DNA from: Cenarchaeum sp.
GTDB taxonomy: Archaea; Thermoproteota; Nitrososphaeria; Nitrososphaerales; Nitrosopumilaceae
Assembly (NCBI GenBank): GCA_963692915.1
Contig: OY843584.1
Span: forward strand, 1,056,001 to 1,120,000
DNA length: 64,000 nt
Direction of reading: 5' to 3'
Part shown: in pieces, positions 1 through 12,000 of the stretch
Position numbering within the stretch: position 1 is the first letter of the stretch
Layout of the letters: the number at the start of each line of letters is the position of its first letter
The notes under the pieces: generated by a model
Seen by the model: only the letters and a program-made list of their open reading frames with translations
Told to the model about the DNA's origin: nothing
Database searches by the model: none
Position numbers and translations under genes: made by a program

Positions 1-1
1 C

Positions 2-3000
2 AGTGACTGCTGCCGGTATGGTGACCGTCCATATGCCGGCCTCTATGTCCAAGTCGGTGATGGAGCTTATTGTCACAGTCGTCGCGCCGTCGGTGTGGTC
101 AGCCGTGCGCGAGACTGCCTCCGTTGTTGGTGGCTTTACGCTCAGCGTTGTCGGCACGTTGTAGACGTTCTCGTCGAACGTTATGACTATCGAGTTGCCC
201 GAGAACACGGCCTCTGCCGTTGGCGCGGCGCGGTCGATTATCGGTGAGGTCTGCGTGTCGGCGTTGACGGTGCGCGTCGAGCCCGTGTCGCCCGTGAGCG
301 TCGCGGCAAACGTGAGCCTGCCGTCGATGTTCGGCGCTACGGCTGTCGTCTCTACCTCGTATGGCGCCCGCCACTCGTTGGTGTCGCCGACGCGCACCAT
401 GTTGCCGCCTGTTGCCGTCCTGCCCACAAAGGTGACCCTCGGGGCAGTCTCGACGTTCTCGTCGAGCGTGAGCGAGAGGATGATCGTGTCGCCTGCGCGC
501 GCGTGGTTCTGGTACGGCGAGGGCCTCTCATTGCCGGTGCGCTGGTCCTGCACCTCGTAGTCGACTGTCGCCATTGGGGCATCCTCGCGCTCGGCCATGA
601 CGCTAGCCGTGGCGCGCGCGTTGTCAGACGCGTCGAGGACTGTTGCCGGTATGTCGACTGTCCACGTGCCTATTGCTATCGGCTCAGTTAGGGCTATCCT
701 CACAGTCGCCTCACCGGTGGTGTGGCTTGGGGTCTCGGTCGTGGTCGTGGGCGTGGGCGTAGTCGGCGCCGTGACGTCCATTGTCGTCACGCCTTTGACA
801 GGCTCGCTGAACGTTATGACGATAGAGTTGCCCGAGAATGCCGCCGTGGCAGTCGGCGCGACGCCGTCATCGGCGACTTGCTGGCTGCCAGACCCCAGGG
901 CGTTGCGGCCGGCGTCGACTATGCCCGTGCCCGTGTACTCTACTCTTGGCGCAAATGACGTGTCTTCGATCGCCGTGTACGTGAGCGTCACTGTGGTGGG
1001 CATCCCTGACGGGGTCGCGAGAACCGCACTAGAGATCGCCGCCGTCGTCGTGCCATCACTTGCTGACCACATGCCGGCGCCCGTGACTGCCTCAGACAGC
1101 GTGACTGTGAGCGTCGTGGTGGATGTGGTCTCTGCAGACGTGATGGTAGGTATCGTGGCGTCGACTGACACGTGTGGGCTGCCAAAGGTTTCTGTAAGGG
1201 TCATTCCGAGTTGGTTGCCGGCCCTGTCACTGATGGTCAGGGCGAACGTGATCGAGCCGTTGGGGTCACCTTCCGCGATCGTGCGGATGTACGCGTACGT
1301 GTGAACGGGGACGGTGATGCCGGTACCGGTGTCGGTGAACGTCTCCATGCCGGTGAACACTACCGAGTCGGCGTTCACGGTGCTGTCGCCCGTCAGGCCA
1401 AAGAGCGCAATGTCAGTATTCACCGTGTCGAGGGGCTCCTCTGTCTTCACGATGATGCGAACCTGGTCGCCGATGCCGGCAAGTGTGACAGTTTCCGAGT
1501 CTGATGACTCGCCGGCGAGCCTCACGCTTGAGGTAATCTCGCGCAGCATCGGCGCCGTACTGTCTATGGTCGGCAGGCTCGGGCTCAGCGTGCCCACGTG
1601 CCCGGTCATCGCCGTTATCTCGCCTTCGTTTGAGCTGCCGTCGGTGGCCGTTATCGTAAAGGTCAGCACGCCCTCGTCCGTCATGGCCGACACGTCGAGG
1701 TCATAGCGCCACGTCGTCGCGTCGCCGTCTCCCCTGTCGTCCATATTCTCGTCAGTCTCGCCGGCCACGTCTATGGTCGGCGTGCTAGAGGCGTCCTCGT
1801 CGAGCGTGATGTCCAGGCGGATCGTGTCGTCGATGCCGGCAAAGGTCGCATACTGGCCGGTCTTTGCCGGGTTTGAGTCAGGTGCGCCGTCGTGGACTGT
1901 GATTGTTATCTCTGTGGCCCGCGGGGCAGTCATGTCGGCCTTTTCGACGTCGATGTCGTCAGTGTCTGCGTCACCGTCGGGGTTGTCTATGGGCACGTAC
2001 GCGTTGGTCGCCGTGTCCGTGACTGCTGGATCGATGACTACCTTGTAGTCGGTATGCGTGTCGGTGGTGGCGAGCCTGATCGTGACCGTCGAGGTCTCAG
2101 AGTCCGAGGAGCCGGCCGTGTAGAGGACTCCGGCCGTGCCGTGTGTCGTGTCGAGCGCCAGCGCATCCGAGCGCGTCGTGGGCTCGGTGAACCCGCGCAC
2201 CTCAAAGTTGGCCCCCACTGCCGTCGACGCGAGAAGGCCCTCGCTGAACGTGAGCGTTATCTCGCGGTTTGTCTCAGCGTATGTCGCAGTTATCACGAGC
2301 GGCGCGACTTCGTCAGTCGCCGTGACGTGCGGGGAGGTTGTGGCCGGCACGTTGGCCGATGCGCCAGAGGCCGTTATCGTTCCCATCCCGTCATACTGCA
2401 CGATCGGCGTGACGCCTGTGCCCATGGTTGGGTAGACGAGCGTTATCGTGTTGGTAGGCGTGATCGACACGTCTCCCATGTCCAGCGTCGCCGACGGCGT
2501 CGAGGCGGCCGTGGTGTGGGAGCCGGCCCGCAGCGAGGTTGGCTGCACCGAGCCCAGCATCCAGTCCGAGACGCTCGTCTCGCCGAGGGCCAGTGTGCCG
2601 CTGAACGTGACTGTTGTCGTCTCGCGGCTCGTAGTCTGCGCAGACATCACAGTCGGCGTGGAGATCGTCCCTGCCGTTGCGGGCGCAGTGACCGTGAACG
2701 ACGCCGCCGCTGCCAGCTCGTTTGGCGTGCTAGAGTTGTCAGTCACCGATGTCGGAACCGCCAGCGTGTACCTCGTGTTGGCCACCGCATCGCTTGTCGT
2801 GACGTGGACCGTGTGTGATCCCGAGGACTCCATGTTTGCCGCAGACGTGACAGTGAGGGTTGTGGAGCCGCCCAGCTCCGTGACGGTCAGGCCGGACACG
2901 ACAGAGTCAGTGTCAAGGGGCTCGCTGACCGAGAGGACTATGGTCGAGAGGTTCCTGAACGCCGCCGAGGAGACCGTTGGCGCGGTGAGGTCGAGTATGG

Positions 3001-6000
3001 CGGTGACCGAGCGGCTCCCGGAGGCGACTGCGTTCATTGCCACGTCTGTGACTGCGGCGTCGATGGTGACTGCGTACATGGCAGACTGTGTAGGCGCGGT
3101 GTCCAGGGTAAGGGTCACGTGCGGGGTCGGCGCCGAGGAGGTCGGCGCGACATAGGCGGCGGTGAACGCCACGGCGTTGCTGTTGCTCACGAGATCAAAG
3201 TTCTCCGTCAAGACGGTGTTGCTGTCGAGTGCCTCGCTGAAGGGTATCCATATGCGGTAGACTGTCGGGTCAGTCGCGTCGCGCCTGAACTCTGTGCCGT
3301 CAATGACAGTCGGCGGCGTCTCGTCCCGTAATGAGCGCGTCGCGCTCGTATCCGTGGCCGCGAGGGGGTTGTTTGCGTCATCGAACAGGCCGAACGTGTT
3401 TGAGCCAACTGTCGTGCTGGGGAGCGTGACTGTGTGGGCCGTGTCGAGCGCCGAGTCCGAGGCCAGCGTGAGCGTGATTGTCGAGGTGGTGGCCTGCTCG
3501 GCATAGACGGCCGAGCCGGTGAGGGTCACGGTGCCGCTGGGGATCGTTGTGGGGTAGCTGGCAATGTCTGTCGGAACCTCCGCCAGGCTCACATCACCAG
3601 AGCGTTCTCCTGGCCCACGAGCCGTCATGTGTTCGCTGAACGTGATGGTGAGCTCGTCCGTATCGGTGAACATGGAGGACATGACCGTGGGGGCGGTCTT
3701 GTCGATGCGCACGCGGTATCCCGCGTTCGGCACAGCGACGCCGTCACCGTCAGTCGCCCCTGTCGTGAGATCCTCGTGCGTGAACGTCGCGGTGTTGCCT
3801 GCGACATCGCGCACCGTGAGCTCGAACGTGACGAGACCCTCCGGCGATCCAGCTCCGACACGGTGTGAATAGTTGTAATACCCGAGACCGGCGTCGACGG
3901 CGCGCTGACCCGTCACCTCAAAGGCCGTGTCGGGGAAGAACCTGATGTCGGCGGGCGCAACGGTGTCGCCGGCGCCACCGGTAATACTGTCACCCAAGAT
4001 GGGCCTGTTATCCACGTAGAGGGTCTCGGTGGGATCTATGCGCACCCACACGCCTTCAGTCGGATGACTGCTCAGGCCGGCCGGCGCAATTGGCACTCTT
4101 GGATCCAGACTGTTCTCCCTTGTTTGCATAGTCAGCGAGTCGCCGGCGTCGAGCGCCGGCGGCACGCCGTCAGCCGCCTCGGTGTCTCTCGTGTCGACCT
4201 CAGAGGTGCCCTCGGTGAGGAACCCGCCGGTCGGCGCGGTGCCGGGCTTTGCGTACGCGACTTGTGGCATTGCGCCAGTCGAGGAGATCGACTCGTGCGT
4301 GATGAGGAGCTGCGTGGCAGTCGAGGCGTCCGGTATGTCCGCAGTAGAGCCCACCGTGGCCGCAGTCGACGTCGCGGCGCCGCTGAGCGCAGTCGCCACG
4401 CTCGATATGGCCAGCTCCGTGTCCGCCGCGCCGGCAATGTCGTTCTCGGTGACAGTCCAGTCCCTCACGTCGAGCGCACCCGAGAGAGCGCCGCCGGTAA
4501 AGGTCACGAGCGTCGTCGTGAGGCTCGCAGTGGAGGCCGTGAAGGGGACCACCACGACGGGCGCCGTGTACGTCGCAGTGTCAGACTCGGTGGAGAGAAC
4601 CCTGTTTGCCGTCGGCATGACGCGGTCGTCGATCGTGTCGGCGACATTGACGGTGTATGGCCTGTCAAGCACAGCGTTTGAGCCCAGCTCTAGCGTGTAC
4701 GTCGCCGGAGCCGTAAAGTCCACGTTGTCCACGTCAAGGCTGCCTCCCGGGGCAGTCACGGTCCAGCCTGTCGTCGTTGACGAGACGTCAGTCACTTCCT
4801 CGCTAAACGTCACCGTTATCATGTCAGCGTCGGTGAACGTGGCCGACTCTATCGTCGGTGACGCCTTGTCGACCAGTGCCGTGGCAGTGGAGGGGACGCC
4901 TGGCGCTCCAAACGGCTGGCCATTCGAGTCGGTTAGCCCGCGACCACTCGCCGGCCTATAGGTGAAGGCCGAGGCGGTGAGGTCGGTGCCGCTGCCGTCA
5001 TCGAGGTCGGTGCTTGGGCGCGGCTCGGCGAACCTGACAAAGAGCTCGTCAGCCGGACCGAAACTGAAAACGCCATCCCTGGCGGTCCCACCGTCCGCAG
5101 TCGAGAGCGACATGACAGTCGAGCCTGTGAACTCCCAGTCCCCGTCTGCCGTAGTGCCGCTGACGTTCTCGCTGAACTCTATCCTTGCCGTGCTCGCAGA
5201 CGTGAGCTCGGCGCTAAACGTCGGCGGAGTCGTGTACGTCAAAGTTGGATCAGTTCCCCCATACGTGTTGCCGGCGCTGTCAGTAATCGTGTCTGGCAGA
5301 TGCACCGTGTATGTCCCCAGTTTGGTCAGGGTGATGGCGATATCGACAGAGGTGCCGGCAACAGGCGCCGTGTATGTGGACCTCACCATGTCTGGGTCTG
5401 TTATGTCAATCCCAGAACTAGATGACACCATACGCTCGCTGAATATTAATGTGAAGATGTTGTGGCCAACACTCGTGGACTCAATTGTCGGCGGTGTGCG
5501 GTCGATCGTCGGCGGTGGGCGGAATCCGAGGCTAGTGACCCCAATCTCACGCTCGTTACCCGTGTCGCTCGTGATCGTGGCCTCGAACGCGAACGCGCCG
5601 TCGGCCAGGTTAGAGTTGTCCGTCTTGGTCTCCACCGTGTACGTCGCGATCCACGTGAACGCGTTGGCACCCTCCATCATCTCCACACTAGCGGACTCGG
5701 CATGGTTCACAAAGACGATTGTCGGTGTTATACTGACTTCTTCGCTGAGCGTGAAGGTGACTACTATCTGGTCGCCTACGCGGGCATCGTCGTTGAACGA
5801 TCCCGTCCGTGGGGCATTATCGGCATCCAAGACCCTGTACATTGCTGTGCCAGTAGGCGCAGCCACGACCACCGTCTCTACCACGGTGTTGGCCGCAACA
5901 GGGGTGCCGTTGGTGTCCGTGACAGTCTGCGGTATGGCGATGCTCCACGTCCCGGCAGCATTGCCCTCTGTGCGCGTCACTGTGGCCGTGGCCTGGCCGT

Positions 6001-9000
6001 CAGTGTGGGTGAACGTCAGCGTTTCGGTCGTTGCGTCTGGTTGCGTGGCCACTAGTGTCCCCACGCCGTTTACCGGCTCGCTAAACGTTATCGTCAGCAC
6101 CCTGCCGGCAAAGGCCGCCATGGCAGTCGGTGGCACCCTGTCGTCCAGGGCCGTGGCTGCGACCTTGCCGGCGACCGTCTCAAACGCGTTGGCGGCCCTA
6201 TCGACTAGCGCGCTGCCGACGCTCGGCGTGTACGTGACGCCCGAGGCAGTCAGGCCGCCGAGGTCGGTGCCAGGGCGCGCGGCGGCGAGATTGAGGTAGA
6301 GCTCGTTGTCTGCGGCGAGGGTCGCCAGGATGTCGGCCCCGCCGTCCGTAAGCGAGATCGACGCGACAGTCGAGCCGGCGACTGCCCACTCGCCAAACGC
6401 CGTCGAGCCGTCGACGTTCTCGCTAAAGGTGATCTTTACCTTGCTAGGCGACGTGAGGCTTGCGCTGAACGTCGGCGCGTCAGAGTCGACCACGACGTTC
6501 GTGCCCGTCACGTCGGCCTGCGTGAGCGTCTCCTCGTTGCCTTCACTGTCGCGTATCGTCAGGGTAAACGCAAGTGGGCCGCTGTCATCCAAGTCGACTA
6601 TCTCGCGCACGTACGAGTACGCGTTGCCCGTCTCAGTGTCCACCGAGTCGGCGTCAGTCGACGTCCCAAAGAGCGCAATGTCGCCGACGGCCGTGACTAG
6701 CGGCTCGCTGGCCACGACGTTGACGCGAACGTCGTCGTCGATTCCGGCCGTGGTGACTGTCAGCGAGTCAGACGACGCGTCCTCGAGCCTCACGCTCGTA
6801 GTCACCGTCGCCGTCGGCGGCGCCTTGTCGGCCAGAGCCGTGGCCTGCAGGGCGGTGTTGGCCGTGCCGAGGTCGTTGTCCGCGTCGTCCTCTATCGCGC
6901 CCTGGGTCGGCGCCGTGTATGTGACGTCCGCCTCGGTCAGCCCGCCAAGGTCGGTGCCTGGGCGCGACGCGGCGAGAGTGAGGACGACCTCCGTGGCCGA
7001 GGACGGTGCTGTCGGCGCGACCGCCGTGACTGTCGAGCCGGCCACTGCCCACTCGCCAGGCGCCGTCGTGCCGTTGACGTTCTCGTCAAAGACGATCCTC
7101 ACGGAGCTCGCCGAGATCAGCTCGGCCTCAAACGTCGGCGGCGCGCCGTCGGCCGCCATGGTGTCGCGCGTGGCGACGTCCGAGGCGCCCTCGGTGAGGA
7201 ACCTGTCAGCCGGCGCGGTGCTGGGCTTTGTGTACGCGACTTGCGGCGTTGCGCCAGTCGAGGAGATCGACTCGTGCGTGATGAGGAGCTGCGTGGCAGT
7301 CGAGGCGTCCGGTATGTCCGCAGTAGAGCCCACCGTGGCCGCAGTCGACGTCGCGGCGCCGCTGAGCGCAGTCGCCACGCTCGATATGGCCAGCGCCACG
7401 TTGTCTGCCGCGTCGGCCGCGTCGTTCTCGGTGACCGTCCAGTCCCTCACGTCGAGCGTGCCCCCGAGCGCGAGGCCGCCGTTGAACGTGACGAGCGTCG
7501 TCGTGAGGCTCGCCGTGGCGGCCGTGAAGGGGACATACGTGTACGTCGCGCTCGTCGTGGCGCCGTCGTCTATCCCGTTGGCCGGCGTGGCGAGGTCGGC
7601 GATGTCGTCGGCCAGGTTGATCGTGTACATGCCAGGCGGGGCGGCCGCGAAGGTGAGCGTGTACTCGTCGCCTTCGTGGTCCACGTCGAGCACGGACAGG
7701 CCGTCCACAGACCATCCGGCTGATGAACTAAAGTCGGTTCCGCCGGTCACGTCCTCGCTGAACGTCACGATGATCTTGTTGGCGCCGTCAAACTCGGCTC
7801 TGAACGTCGGCGTCACCCTGTCGGCTATCGCCGTGGCCTGCAGGGCGGTGTTGGCCGTGCCGAGGTCGTTGCCCCTGTCGTCCTCTATTGCCCCCTGGGT
7901 CGGCGCCGTGTACGTGACGCCCGAGGCGGGCAGGCCGACAAGGTCGGTGCTTGGGCGCGGCGCGGCGAGCGCGATAAAGAGTTCCCTGGCATCGGCGAGC
8001 GTCACTGCGGTGGTCTCGTCCGCCCCGTCCTCTGTCAGCGAGAGCGACTCGGGGACCGAGCCGGCCACTGCCCACTCGCCAAACACCGTCGTGCCGTCGA
8101 CGTTCTCGTCAAAGACGATCCTCACTGTGCTAACCGACGTGAGCTCGGCACTAAAGGTCGGCACGTCAGAGTCGACTGCCACGTTCGTGCCCGCCATCAG
8201 GTCGGCCTGCGTGAGCGTCACCGTGTTGCCCGCATTGTCGCGTATCGTCAGGGTGAACATGAGATCGCCGTTGGCGTCCGAGGCGGCTATCGTGCGCACG
8301 TACGTGTACGCGTTGGACGCGCCGGCGGCCACCGAGGTGGCGGGAGTCGACGTCCCAAAGAGCGCAATGTCGCTGACTGCCGTGACGAGCGGCTCGTTTG
8401 CCGTCACGGTGACGCGAACGCCGTCTCCGATGCCGGCGATCGTGCCCGATGCCGCGTCGGTCAGCTCTCCGGCGAGCCTCACGGCCACAGTTACGGTCGC
8501 CGTCGGCGCCGTGACGTCGACTGTCACGCGTGCCGCTGCCGTGGCGTGCGTCACCGGCATGGCCACCTCGTTGCCGGCACTGTCGCGGAACGTGATGCTA
8601 AACTCGATCTCGCCGTCGGCGTCAGTCGCCTGTATTGTGCGCTCGTACGCGTTCCCGTAGAGTCCACCGTTGGCGTATACCCTGTCGGCGTCCACTGCGG
8701 TCGCGCCGGTTCGGCCAAAGAGCGCAATGTCGCCTGTATCCGCGACGATGAACTCGCTTGCCACAAGCGTAACGAGAAGCCTGTCGCCGATGCCGGCCAC
8801 GGTGCCCGATGGCTCGTCGGCAGTCGAGGCTCCAAACCTGACGCTCGTGGTGACTGACGTCGCCGTCGGGCGCGTGACGTCTATGGACGGCTGGTGCACA
8901 GTCAGCGTGCCCGAGTGGCCGCTCGTCGGCGTTATCGTGCCCGCAGTCGTCCCGTCAGTCACCCCTATCGTAAAGTCCAGCGATGTCGTCTCAGTCGTAC

Positions 9001-12000
9001 CTGTTGACACGGCGAGGTCATAGTGCCATGTCGTCGCGTCGCTGCCGCCCGTGTTCACCATGGACTGACCCGTGAGCCCGCCGATGTCTATTGTCGGCGT
9101 GCCGTTGGCGTCCTTGTCAAGCGTGACCGCGACGCGGATCGTGTCGTCAATGCCGGCAAAGCCCGCAGCGGTGCCCGTCTTTGCCGCAACCGTGGCCGGA
9201 TCGCCGTCGTGGACTGTGACTAGTATCGCAGTCGCCACGGGCGCCGTGCTGCGCGTGGCCACGACGCCGCCGGCGGCGTAGGGAAGGTATGCGGCGTTGG
9301 CGAGCCCTGTGCTCGGCGTGACAGTGTGAACCGCCGAGATGGCGTCACCGGCGAGGTTGAGCGTGACTGTCCTTTCGCCTGCAGTGTATTCGACGCCGGA
9401 CAGCGCGACAGTCTCGGCGATGCTGTCAGCGTCGCCGCCGTCAGGCGTCGTCACCGCAAAGTTGGCGCCCACGACTGTCGCAGGCGCGAGGGCGTCGCTG
9501 AACGTCAGGTCAATGACCCTCGGGCCGGTGATCGCAGCGGTGAACGTCGGCGCAGTCGTGTCATACGTTATGGTCACCGTGGCCGTGGCGACATAGTCGT
9601 TGCCGGCGAGGTCCTCTATGGCGCCTCCGCTGATCCCCAGCGTGTACTCTGTCCCGTCGTTGGCGGCCGTGAGGCTAGACGTCACGGGGATCGTTATCGT
9701 CCTGTCATCGACTGTCGCCGTGCCGAGGGTGACTGTCGGCGTGCCGGCCAGCGTGAACGTCAGCCCGTCTGGCAGCGTCGGCTCTATCGCCTCGCTAAAG
9801 AGCATCGTAACGCTCTGGCCGTCGGCGGCAAACCGTGCTTGGACCAGCGTCGGTGCCACATTGTCGTTTCGCACGCCTGTCAGCTCGGCGCTTTGGGCCA
9901 CTCTCACGCCGTTGGCGTCCTCTATGGCAGTCGACAGGTCCAGCGTGTAGGAGCCCTGTGCGGCGTTGGAGACCAGCGTGAACACCAGGCGCGAGTTGGC
10001 CACGCCACCGGGCGGGGTGGAGAGTGAGGGGCTGCCGTTGTCCACTATGGTCGTCTGCGTGCCCTCGAGCGTGGCCGTCAGCGTCTGGGTGGTCGGCGCC
10101 GCCATGGCCTCGCCAAAGTCAACCTCGACTGTGTTGGCCGACGTAAAGCGACCCGCATTCGCAACCGGCGTGACCCCGTCGTCTGCCGTACGCTCCAGTG
10201 GCGTGCTGACGGTGCCCATGACGAGGCCCACGCGGTCGGCCAGCGTTCCGGTACCCGACTCAGACGGCCTGGTGTACGAGACTGTCGGCTCGGCGCCCGT
10301 CGAGTCGAGCTCATCGTGGATGAGGGTCAGTTGTCTACCAAGATTCAGGGTGATCTCGGGCGACGAGGTGATGAGGCCGGCGTCCGTTAGGTCGAGAATT
10401 CCCGTGATGGGTTTCATCGAGCTCCCGTCAGAGATCGACCAGTCGCCCATGCGGGCGGTGCCCGTGACGTCCTCGGTGAACGTTACCCTCGTGTTCGTCA
10501 GGGAGCGCGTGAGGGCAGTAAAGTCCGGCGCCGTCGTGTCCGGCTCTGGCTGTACCGAGGTTCCGTCGGCCAGCGCGTTGTTGTTCGCGTCGACTATCGA
10601 GCCCATCCTGTCGGCGTGGTCAGCGCTAAACGTGAGCCTGATCGAAGTCTCACGAAGATTATCGAATGTGATGGTTGTTCGGCTGGATCTTCCCGGACTT
10701 GGCACCATCGTTGCCGTGTCCTCGTCCAGGTTGAGGGTATAGCCGATGGCCCGCGTATTGCTGCTGCTGTTAGGGGGTGAATACTCCCCAGGCGTGATCG
10801 CAAACGTGCCCTGAATAACTCTGCCACGGCTAATGCCGAAGCCGGTGAACGTCCAGTCCGCACCTGTCGGCTCGTCCTTGCCGTCGGCAAGCCTGACCGG
10901 CTCGGAGAAGCTCACGATGTAGGTGAGGTCAAACTCATCTTCGTTAGACCCCTCGGCGGTGAACGTCGGCGCGACGCCATCAGTGGCCTCGGTGTCGCGC
11001 GTGGCGACGGCAGATGTGCCCTCGGCGAGGAACCCGCCTGCCGGCTCGGTGCCGGGCTTTGTGTACGCGACTTGGGGCGTTGCGCCAGTCGAGGAGATCG
11101 GCTCGTGCGTGATGAGTAGCTGCGTGATGGCAGTGCTCGACAGGAGCGTCTGCGTGACTGCGTCACCGGCCCCCGTCGTGGTCTCGGGTGTCGCCTCGAC
11201 CGACGTCTGCCCCGCCTCGACCACAGTGGCCACGCTCGATATGGCCAGCTCCACGTTGTCCGCAGAATCGGTCGCGTCGTCCTCGGTGACAGTCCAGTCG
11301 CCCACGTTGAGCGTGCCCTCGAGCGCGTCGCCGTTAAACGTGACGAGCGTCGTCGTGAGGCTCGCAGTGGCGGCCATGAATGGGATAGACGGCGTGTACG
11401 TCGCGCTCGTCGTCGCGTCCACGGCGAGCTGGTTGCGTGCGTCATCGGTTATGTTGTCGGGGAGCGCCACTGTGTGGATCGTGTCCGTCGCCGCGGCCGA
11501 GGCCAGCGTGAGCGTGACTGTCGAGGTGGTGGCCTGCTCGGCATAGTCGGCCGTGCCGGTGAGGGGCACGGACTCGCCGCCGGTGAGCGTTACGGGGTAC
11601 CCGCCAATGTCTGTCGGAACCGCCTCTCCATAGCGCAATACAACAAGATCATCACCATCATCACTATCGACCGGTATAAACGCCGCCAGGTGCTCGCTGA
11701 ACGTGATGACGAGCTTGTTCGGCTCGGTGAACTCGGAGGTCCTGACCGTCGGGGCGATGCCGTCGGATACGGACACGGCCTCTAGCGCCATGTTGACGGT
11801 GCCCATGACGTTGGACGCAGAGTCGGCCAGCGTTCCTGCCTCCGACTCGGACGGCCTCGTGTACGAGACTTCCGGCGTTGCGCCAGTCGAGTCGAGATCC
11901 GCGTGGACTAGGTACAGCTCCGACTCGCCCGTGAGCCTGAGCGTGGGCGAGGCGGTGCCGGTGGGGGCGGAGACGACGCCGGTGGCATCCGTGCCGGAGA

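Noticed and set aside
6306-8660. 784-aa plus-strand ORF and the many other V/S/T/A/P-rich plus-strand ORFs starting at 0 mod 3
   Set aside because: They are offset antisense shadows of the minus-strand gene. They repeat in step with its modules and frequently end at TAG triplets that overlap its Tyr codons.
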